Source of the DNA: Nitrososphaerota archaeon
GTDB taxonomy: Archaea > Thermoproteota > Nitrososphaeria_A > Caldarchaeales > Caldarchaeaceae
DNA length: 64,000 nucleotides
Direction of reading: 5' to 3'
Assembly (NCBI GenBank): GCA_041641305.1
Contig: JBEPYN010000001.1
Location: forward strand, 352,001 to 416,000
The position numbers and the translations under genes are program-made. The notes beneath the pieces were generated by a model that made no database searches, was not told where the DNA came from, and worked only from the letters and a program-made list of their open reading frames with translations. Within the stretch, counting starts at the first letter, position 1; each line of letters begins with the position of its first letter. Shown here piece after piece: positions 57,031 to 64,000 of the stretch.

Positions 57031-57990
57031 TTGGCGAAACTATCGGAGCTCGGGGAGAGATATTTGATACGATACTTGGTTGAGCATCTTGACTGGCCCG
57101 AGAACGGTCTTCTGCCGCCCGGTGACGATGCCGCAGCCTTCTGGTTTACAGGCCAGCTTGTCGCATCTGTGGACACCCTCGTCTGGGAAACGGATGTTCC
57201 ACCGGGGATGACGGCCCGTCAAGCGGGCTGGAAAGCGGTAACAGCCGCTGTTAGCGACTTGGCTGCAAAGGGAGCGCGGCCAAGATACATCCTTCTCTCT
57301 CTTTCGATCAACCCCTCTACAGAGTTCAACGATTTTGTCGAACTCATAACCGGCGCCCAAGAGGCTGCGAAAAAATATGGAGCATCAATTGCCGGCGGAG
57401 ACATAAACGAAACCAGTTCACCATCCATATCCGTAACCGCGCTCGGCTCCTCCGAAAAACTTCTCAGCCGCGTCGGAACATGTCCGGGAGACATGCTCGC
57501 CTGCACAGGCTTGTTCGGCAAAACATTCGCCGGCCTACATGCGGCTATGAATTCTCGGCCAGTTGAACAAGTTTTGTCTGAGGCGGTTTACTTCCCAGTG
57601 GCCCGTGTTGACGAGGGTGTGGCCCTCGCCGGCTGCGGAGGCGTCTCGGCCTGTATAGATTCGAGCGATGGATTGGCGGAGTCGCTGTACCAGCTTAGCG
57701 AGCTTAACAGGGTGGGCTTCATGGTTGAATCGCTGCCCATCGACTCCACAGCACAGAAATACTGTGTCGACAACATGCTTGACGTCGTGGAGGCTGTTTT
57801 CTACGGCGGTGAAGAGTATGAGCTGGTTCTCACCGTCAAGCCGGGATGCCGGAATTTTGTGGAGAATGCTTTGGAGCGTTTGGGGGGAAGGGTTGTCTGG
57901 ATAGGGTCTGTCATCGAGGAGCAGGGTGTGTTTTATCGGGGTAAGCCTGTGGAGAGAAGAGGCTGGCAGCACTTCAGCCCAATCCGTTGA
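57031..57990 (+). CDS. thiL: Thiamine-monophosphate kinase
   Basis: LGE..LI, GDDAA, SDLAAKGA, GGD, DSSDGL, GEEYEL, GWQHF. Confidence 0.93.
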   Translation: MAKLSELGERYLIRYLVEHLDWPENGLLPPGDDAAAFWFTGQLVASVDTLVWETDVPPGMTARQAGWKAVTAAVSDLAAKGARPRYILLSLSINPSTEFNDFVELITGAQEAAKKYGASIAGGDINETSSPSISVTALGSSEKLLSRVGTCPGDMLACTGLFGKTFAGLHAAMNSRPVEQVLSEAVYFPVARVDEGVALAGCGGVSACIDSSDGLAESLYQLSELNRVGFMVESLPIDSTAQKYCVDNMLDVVEAVFYGGEEYELVLTVKPGCRNFVENALERLGGRVVWIGSVIEEQGVFYRGKPVERRGWQHFSPIR

Positions 57991-58504
57991 CCAGTCTAGC
58001 GAGGGAGAGGGCTGCGATGCTTTTCGCGTCCCTTATCCTCCCCCTCCGAACCATCTCAAAAGCTTCTTCCACACCGCAGGTGATGACTCTGATCTTCTCG
58101 TCTGGCATATTGCGGCTCGCCGTTTTACGCAGGTTTTTCGCGAGAAAGACATGCATCAACTCGGTTGAATAGCCTGGGGCAAGATAGAATTCCCCGATTT
58201 TCTCAATAGAGCCTGCTATGTAACCGGTCTCCTCCTCCAGCTCACGTACCGCACATTCTTCAGGCGATTCATTTTCCAAAGTGCCGGCGGGAACCTCGAC
58301 AAGCACCTCATCCACAGCAGCCCTATACTGCTCAACCAAAACAAGCTCTGAATCGCTAATCAAAGGAACAATCGCGACTGCGCCCGGATGGACAACAATC
58401 TCCTTAACAAACCGAGCCCCATCAACCTCGTGAACAACATGCACCACGTCAAAGAGTTTTCCCCGGTAAACCGTCGAACCCTTCATAGAGACCCGTTGAG
58501 GCAT
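57974..58504 (-). CDS. NUDIX hydrolase (ADP-ribose pyrophosphatase type)
   Basis: HPGAV, QYR, PAG......CA.RELEEETG, DAKS. Confidence 0.92.
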   Translation of the reverse strand: MPQRVSMKGSTVYRGKLFDVVHVVHEVDGARFVKEIVVHPGAVAIVPLISDSELVLVEQYRAAVDEVLVEVPAGTLENESPEECAVRELEEETGYIAGSIEKIGEFYLAPGYSTELMHVFLAKNLRKTASRNMPDEKIRVITCGVEEAFEMVRRGRIRDAKSIAALSLARLVNGLG

Positions 58505-58512
58505 GATGTTTA

Positions 58513-58558
58513 TTTAGGCTTAAATTTAGGCATAACCTAATATTAGGACGTGCCTAAA
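58513..58558. promoter_or_regulatory. Tandem palindromic operators TTAGG-N5-CCTAA (DtxR/MntR-type)
   Basis: TTAGGcataaCCTAA (58526-58540), TTAGGacgtgCCTAA (58543-58557) and a TTTAGG half-site at 58513. Confidence 0.75.
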
Positions 58559-58987
58559 ATAAGTCTCCAACAGGTAGAAACATCCTATCTCCTACAGCTG
58601 TACAGAGCTCATGAAAACCAGCACACACCAACTACAGGAGAGCTCGCCAAGACATTCGCTGTCAAACCAGCCTCTGCCATAGATGTTCTCAATAGGCTTT
58701 CCGAGAAAAAATTGGTCGCCAGAACAGGGTGGGGAAAATTTAGGCTCACACCACGGGGACACGCGCTCGCGTTGCGGGTCATACACAACCACCGCATCCT
58801 CGAAACATTCTTTCACAGAGAACTAGGGTTGGAAGCCGGTGAAGCCTGCATAGAAGCTGGGCGAATAGACTATCTCATCGGCGACGAAGTGGTCAAAAGA
58901 CTTTGCCAACGCCTCAACAATCCCGCAACATGCATACACGGTAAAGAGGTGAAGCATCTCAGATGCGTGCAAAAACAGCAATCATAA
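58550..58987 (+). CDS. DtxR/MntR/TroR family metal-dependent repressor
   Basis: YL..LY, ELA....V.PAS, LT..G...A....HRILE.F, P..C.HG. Confidence 0.92.
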   Translation: MPKISLQQVETSYLLQLYRAHENQHTPTTGELAKTFAVKPASAIDVLNRLSEKKLVARTGWGKFRLTPRGHALALRVIHNHRILETFFHRELGLEAGEACIEAGRIDYLIGDEVVKRLCQRLNNPATCIHGKEVKHLRCVQKQQS

Positions 58988-59898
58988 CCCTCTCCATAGT
59001 CGCTGCAGCAGTTCTCGCCACATTATTCATAGCATCGCAAAATATCTTGACTCAGGGGCAGCAAGACAGTGAGACAGTGGCGGTGACTTGGGGTCTTTTG
59101 GGCGAAGTGGTGCATAGGCTGACGGATGGCACTGTTACGGTTTACCAGATTCTCCCACCCGGCGCAGAGATCCATGACTGGGAACCGGCTCCCGACGTGC
59201 TGGAGAAGGTGAGGAACTCGAGGATACTCTTCTGGACAGTGGAGGGGTTTGACGACTGGGGGGAGAAGCTTGCGGCATCAGCTAACGTAAAGGCCTTTAA
59301 GGTGTCAACAGGGGTCGAGTTAATGCCTTATGAAAACGGACACGGCGACGCCATGAACCATGAACATATAATCGGAGCCTATGACCCGCATTTCTGGCTC
59401 GACCCAGAAAGATTCGCCGCAGTCGTCCGAAACATGGCACAAATCCTCTCCGACGAGTTTCCGGAAAAAAAGGAGGCTATACAGAAAAACAGCGAGGCAT
59501 ACATCCGGGAAATACTGCAGCTCAGGCAACAGTTTGAGGAGGCGCTGTCGAGACATCGTGGAAAAACCTTCATCACGCAGCACAACGCTTTCAGATACCT
59601 CGCCACAGCCTTCGGCCTCGAAACGGTGGCTGTGCTAAGCGGTGAAGAGGAGGAGCCGTCGGCGGCGCATCTCGCAGAAATTTATGAACTAATTGAGAGA
59701 AATGGTGTCAAGACCATCTTCGCGGAGGATGGTAGCATCAGCCCCGTGTTAGAAAACATAGCCCGCGACCTCGGAATGGAAATCAAAACACTATACACGA
59801 TGGAGACTCTACATTACGACGACTATCTAAGGGGACAAGGATATATCATGAAGATGCGTCATAATTTGTCGGCGCTGGTCGATACGTTTGAACACTGA
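58963..59898 (+). CDS. Zn/Mn ABC transporter substrate-binding protein (ZnuA/TroA)
   Basis: H.WEP, His-rich loop, DPHFWLDP, HNAF.YL. Confidence 0.92.
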   Translation: MRAKTAIITLSIVAAAVLATLFIASQNILTQGQQDSETVAVTWGLLGEVVHRLTDGTVTVYQILPPGAEIHDWEPAPDVLEKVRNSRILFWTVEGFDDWGEKLAASANVKAFKVSTGVELMPYENGHGDAMNHEHIIGAYDPHFWLDPERFAAVVRNMAQILSDEFPEKKEAIQKNSEAYIREILQLRQQFEEALSRHRGKTFITQHNAFRYLATAFGLETVAVLSGEEEEPSAAHLAEIYELIERNGVKTIFAEDGSISPVLENIARDLGMEIKTLYTMETLHYDDYLRGQGYIMKMRHNLSALVDTFEH

Positions 59899-60637
59899 AC
59901 CTGCGGTAGAGCTAGAGGATGTCACGGTCTCATATACCCGAGACCAACCTATACTTTCCAAGGTCAGCTTGAGGGTCAACATGGGTGAGAGGCTCTTCAT
60001 TATCGGGCCAAACGGCGGAGGTAAGACAACGTTGCTAAAGACCATGGTCGGTGTACTGAGGCCCGACAGCGGTGTGGTCAGGCTTTTTGGCGTCGCTGTT
60101 CAACGGTTCAGAGAATGGTGGAGGGTTGGGTATGTGCCTCAGAACGCTGCCACACTCTTCGAGAGAACTCCGCTCAGCGTCGGGGAGCTTCTCCGCTCGG
60201 GTATGCATACAGGTAAAGCGCTTGACCCCGTCGAGACCCTTTCACTGGTTGGGGTGGATGAACCGGACAAAATCATACACAGACGTGTCAGCGACCTCTC
60301 CGGCGGAAACTTGCAGAAAACCATGCTAGCCCTCGCCCTGATAAACAAGCCGCAGCTCCTCATCCTCGACGAACCCACCGTATACGTTGATCAGACAGGC
60401 GTCGCGGCTTTGATGAATGTTATCAACAGGGTTAATAGGGACTGGGGTGTGACGGTGATAATAGCGACACATGATGTGGCGGCCATCTCAACCCTTGCAT
60501 CAAGAGTTGTATGCATTAACCGGACGGCTCTCTACGACGGCGACATAACTCATCTTCTCAGCTCAGAGGAGCTCTGCAGAATATACGGCTTCCACGTCTA
60601 CACGATTCAGCATGGTCATAGATGGTCTGAGACATGA
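59888..60637 (+). CDS. Zn/Mn ABC transporter ATP-binding protein
   Basis: GPNGGGKT, GYVPQ, LSGG, DEPT, THD. Confidence 0.92.
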   Translation: MNTEPAVELEDVTVSYTRDQPILSKVSLRVNMGERLFIIGPNGGGKTTLLKTMVGVLRPDSGVVRLFGVAVQRFREWWRVGYVPQNAATLFERTPLSVGELLRSGMHTGKALDPVETLSLVGVDEPDKIIHRRVSDLSGGNLQKTMLALALINKPQLLILDEPTVYVDQTGVAALMNVINRVNRDWGVTVIIATHDVAAISTLASRVVCINRTALYDGDITHLLSSEELCRIYGFHVYTIQHGHRWSET

Positions 60638-61437
60638 TTGATGTCTTGTCGCAACCGTTTATGCAGAGGGCTTTAGGTGCAGCGGTTGTGACAGGGCTGC
60701 TGCTACCCCTAATAGGAAACTATCTCGTTCCCAAGAGGCTCTCTCTCCTAGGCGACGCCTCCTCCCACGCAGCATTCGCAGTAATCGCTTTATCGAGCCT
60801 TCTCGGCTTCAGAGAAACTCTTCTCACATACCTTGCTCCCGTTGCAGCTATCTACGCAATTCTCCAGCTTATGAGACGGTTTCACGTATCAGGCGACCAA
60901 GCCCTCGCTGCATTACTCGCAGTAGGCGGGGCAACAGCCTCCCTCGCCATCTCCCTAGGCGCAAGGGTGAACCTCAACGCCGTCCTCTTCGGAAGCCTCC
61001 TGCTAGTCCAAGTCGAAGACATCATTTTGGGAGTATCTGTCGCCGCGGCTGTAACCCTCTTCGTCGCCGGAAACTTCGGGAAAACACTGGTCTATACGGT
61101 GAGCGAGGAGCTCGCGAAAGTTAGAGGTGTGCAGGTCGGGGCATACACATTTGTCTTCGCCGTAGCCGCGGGACTCTCAATCGTTACCGGCATAAAGATA
61201 GCCGGCGTCCTTCTCGTCACGGCGCTTCTCGCAATACCGACTATGGCGGCTTCGCTCATCTCAAACTCTTTCAAAATATCAATCCTGCTATCTATCCTGT
61301 TCGGCACAACGGCTACGACCTTGGGTGTCTTCATCTCATACTACCTCGCCCTCGCTCCGGGCGCATCCTCTGTCATGGTTTTGATGATTTTCCTGATTCT
61401 ATGTCTGGTTTTGAGAAGTCTTAGGATAAGGATATAG
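60634..61437 (+). CDS. Zn/Mn ABC transporter permease
   Basis: FMQRAL, GDA.SH, LFGS.L, G.LLV.ALL.IP. Confidence 0.92.
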   Translation: MIDVLSQPFMQRALGAAVVTGLLLPLIGNYLVPKRLSLLGDASSHAAFAVIALSSLLGFRETLLTYLAPVAAIYAILQLMRRFHVSGDQALAALLAVGGATASLAISLGARVNLNAVLFGSLLLVQVEDIILGVSVAAAVTLFVAGNFGKTLVYTVSEELAKVRGVQVGAYTFVFAVAAGLSIVTGIKIAGVLLVTALLAIPTMAASLISNSFKISILLSILFGTTATTLGVFISYYLALAPGASSVMVLMIFLILCLVLRSLRIRI

Positions 61438-61461
61438 AGTGGGAGCGGGTTTTTTCTCGGT

Positions 61462-61914
61462 GTGGCAGAGGTTTTGCTCGCGGTTCCTCCGCGGGTCAAG
61501 GTTTTGGAGGCTCTGGGCGCTGTGGCAGGCGGCAGGATCAAGGTCTTGGATGATAGAAATTGTTTGGTTGACGCCTCCGAGGGCACGCGAACCTACAAGG
61601 TCTACGTCGACATAGAGAAAAAAATCGCCAACAGCGACGACAACGGAACCTTCTACCGAAACTACATAGGATACCCTATAATCGCCTTCCTGATGGTGAA
61701 GGGGCTGCTTAGCTATGACCCAGCCATAGCCACGCCTCTTGCGGAGATAAAATGGCGGACCCTCAACGAACGCTACAAAAGCTACTGGAAAGTTGAGACA
61801 CTCATTAAGAAGATGCTGGCGGAGAAAGGTGTCAAGCCGGAGGATGTAGACAGATTCGTCTCAAAGGTTCTCGACGAGCTTGCCGCCCTTGGTCTCCGCA
61901 AACAGGCTACTTGA
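61462..61914 (+). CDS. Conserved hypothetical protein
   Basis: PPR.KVLEALGA.A.GR and S.DNG...Y.GYP.IA.LM..G recalled as a conserved family of unknown function. Confidence 0.75.
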   Translation: MAEVLLAVPPRVKVLEALGAVAGGRIKVLDDRNCLVDASEGTRTYKVYVDIEKKIANSDDNGTFYRNYIGYPIIAFLMVKGLLSYDPAIATPLAEIKWRTLNERYKSYWKVETLIKKMLAEKGVKPEDVDRFVSKVLDELAALGLRKQAT

Positions 61915-62347
61915 CGACGAGGACTGAGCAGTGGGCGTGGGACACGACCCCGCTCGCCACGCTTCCCAGCACCACTTTCTTGAAGCCGCTTAAACCCCTC
62001 GTCCCAGTAACGACAAGGTCTACACCATGTGTTTCGGCGAAGCCGGTGATGGCCTCGACAACCGAGGGCCTCATCTCCAACACCTCTCCAACAGCCTTCA
62101 CACCCATCCTCGCAGCCGTCTCAACAGCCTCCTCAACATAGCGTCTCCCCTCCCTCACAGCATCTTCATAAAACTGCTTCAAAGCCGCTGGAGGAACACC
62201 CGACGCGGCGAACAGATAAGGCGGCTGCTGCACAACGTGAAGGAAAATAAGCTCGGCTCCCATCTGTTTACATAAACCAACCGCCACATCTACAGCCTTT
62301 CTGCTAAACTCGGAGCCATCCACAGCGACCAAAACTTTCCTAAACAT
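61907..62347 (-). CDS. Universal stress protein (UspA family)
   Basis: KVLVAVDGS, DLVV.G.RG......LGSV...V...AHCSVLVV; ATG 62347 with GAGGAGG SD. Confidence 0.93.
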   Translation of the reverse strand: MFRKVLVAVDGSEFSRKAVDVAVGLCKQMGAELIFLHVVQQPPYLFAASGVPPAALKQFYEDAVREGRRYVEEAVETAARMGVKAVGEVLEMRPSVVEAITGFAETHGVDLVVTGTRGLSGFKKVVLGSVASGVVSHAHCSVLVVK

Positions 62348-62525
62348 ACCTCCTCTAAACATATCCGGGTAAAAACTGTTTACACCCTCCACGGAAAATA
62401 ATCTACCCCGTCTCCGAAAAGATCGTTGAAAGCATTTGCCCAAACTATTAAGGTATTTAGATAATATTTTTCCAAAATGAGGGCAGATAAGAGTATATTT
62501 ACCGCGGCCATGATCTTCGGCGAGG

Positions 62526-64000
62526 GTGTTGTTGGAGGACTTTGGACTGTTGAGTTTTTTCACGGGAAGCTGGCTGGGGGTACTGGTTCTGGCGGGGGTG
62601 GTGATAGCCGCTTCTTTGGCGGCGGTGCGTCTATTCAGGAAGCGGAAGAGTGATGATGTTGTGGTGGAGGAGGTTTTAGAGGTTGAGGAAACCTCTTCTC
62701 CCGAAGTCATCGACCGGTATAGAGTAGACGAGATTATTGAGGTCAGTATAATTAGGCAGGAGAACCGGTATAGGTATGTCGTTGAAGAGCCCAGCCTATC
62801 GGATGAAGAGGAGGAGATTATTAGACGGGTTGAGCAACAGTATTTGAAGAAAGGTGTGGACCCCTTCAAGCTTCTTGAAGAATATGATATAGATGAGGAC
62901 CGTGTAAAGGTGTTGAGATATTTTCTGTGGAAGAATTTGCGGGGTGGTTGGAAGCTTGAGCCTCTTCTGAGGGATGAGGGTCTCGAGGACATAACCATTA
63001 CGAAGCCGGGTCCGGTATACGTCATTCACAGGCGTCACCCAGACCTCGGCTGGATAGAGACCAGCATCGTGCTCACGGCTGAGGAGCTTGATAAACAGGC
63101 GAGGCTGCTTGCCGAGCGGAACGGGGCGGAGCTGAGCATCGCCAAACCCGCAGCCGAGATCATGACAGTCGAAGGCGACCGAATAGCGCTAACCTACGCA
63201 GGCGAACTCACTCCAGGCACAAGCACGATCACTGTACGCAAGTTTCCACGCAGCCCCTACACCATCATCGACCTGATAAAAAAGGGAACCTTGACGGTCA
63301 TAACTGCCGCCTACCTCTGGACAGCTCTCGAGAACAAGAAATTCGTCATGGTTGCTGGGCCGACGGGAAGCGGTAAAACAACGCTTCTCTCGGCACTTCT
63401 CCAGCTGCTTCCATCCAACGCTAAGCTTTTGACGCTCGAGGACTATCATCCCGAGATAAACCTCTCATGGCATAGAAACTGGCACCGATTCGTCACGAGG
63501 CGAACCCTTGGCGAAACAGCCTACTCCCTGGCAGATATCCTGAGGCTCAGCCTCCGACACAGGCCTGACTACACCATTGTGGGGGAGGTTAGGGGTGTTG
63601 AGGCAAGGGTTATGTTTTCGGCAGCCGCAACAGGCCACGGTATGGCGTCGACCATTCACGCCGAAAGCCTCGAGGATGTTTACCAGAGGCTGACCGGTGC
63701 CAGCATGGGTGTTCTAAAGGAGGAGCTCTCGTTCCTCAACGTGGTGGCGATTGTGCGGAACACCTCGAAGGGCAGGAGGGTTATCGGTGTCTGGGAGATT
63801 GAGAGGACTGGGAGCGAGCATTTGATAAGCTGGTTCGACGAAGATACTGGAAAATTCTTTCCCGAGACAGCTAAGCAGCTGATCGTGAATTCACCTATGT
63901 TGGTGCACAACCCATCACTCAGAAGAGACTACGAAAACAAGCTGAGCATTCTCGAGACCGTACTTTCCTCGGGGGAGGAGCTGAGGGCGGAGCAATTATC
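62526..64000 (+). CDS. Type II/IV secretion / type IV pilus assembly ATPase (VirB11/ArlI-like), 3'-truncated, absent from the ORF track
   Basis: Hand translation gives a hydrophobic N-terminus, L.PLL.D..LEDI, VRKF, Walker A GPTGSGKTT, RHRPDYTIVGEVRG and TGHG..STIHA; no stop before the window end. Confidence 0.9.
   Translation, partial: MLLEDFGLLSFFTGSWLGVLVLAGVVIAASLAAVRLFRKRKSDDVVVEEVLEVEETSSPEVIDRYRVDEIIEVSIIRQENRYRYVVEEPSLSDEEEEIIRRVEQQYLKKGVDPFKLLEEYDIDEDRVKVLRYFLWKNLRGGWKLEPLLRDEGLEDITITKPGPVYVIHRRHPDLGWIETSIVLTAEELDKQARLLAERNGAELSIAKPAAEIMTVEGDRIALTYAGELTPGTSTITVRKFPRSPYTIIDLIKKGTLTVITAAYLWTALENKKFVMVAGPTGSGKTTLLSALLQLLPSNAKLLTLEDYHPEINLSWHRNWHRFVTRRTLGETAYSLADILRLSLRHRPDYTIVGEVRGVEARVMFSAAATGHGMASTIHAESLEDVYQRLTGASMGVLKEELSFLNVVAIVRNTSKGRRVIGVWEIERTGSEHLISWFDEDTGKFFPETAKQLIVNSPMLVHNPSLRRDYENKLSILETVLSSGEELRAEQL

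Noticed and set aside
62348-63025. Long Ser/Thr-rich N-terminal extension on the USP ORF (372 aa in the track)
   Set aside because: It is the antisense shadow of the + strand ATPase. USP has its own SD and ATG at 62347.

Overview
Archaeal chromosomal segment. PolD small subunit, a CdvB/ESCRT-III paralogue, a short XPF, archaeal LeuS, TrpB2, an unlinked 23S rRNA gene and roughly 50% GC together suggest a thermophilic TACK archaeon, most plausibly Aigarchaeota/Caldarchaeales (inference). The window is gene-dense: about 62 CDS, three intronless tRNAs (His-GTG, Arg-TCT, Arg-GCG), four ABC transporter systems, two acyl-CoA/thiolase-DUF35 clusters and a HEPN-MNT pair. The main result is a stand-alone 23S rRNA gene (~36888-41782) closed by a canonical bulge-helix-bulge (BHB) processing stem and split by two mechanistically different mobile introns. 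(1) A 692-nt archaeal BHB intron after A1095 (E. coli numbering, GTPase-associated centre). Its LAGLIDADG ORF has no stop codon inside the intron and, on the excised circle, would read through the ligation junction and past its own start. (2) A 1137-nt group I ribozyme intron at L1923 with a two-motif LAGLIDADG gene in P6. Other notable items: a membrane-anchored J-domain/HEPN-like fusion, tandem DtxR-type operators, a pilus/secretion ATPase with an N-terminal TM segment that the ORF track misses, and strong alternating G+T / A+C patches within genes. All calls are by eye from motifs and base pairing; no database searches were run.
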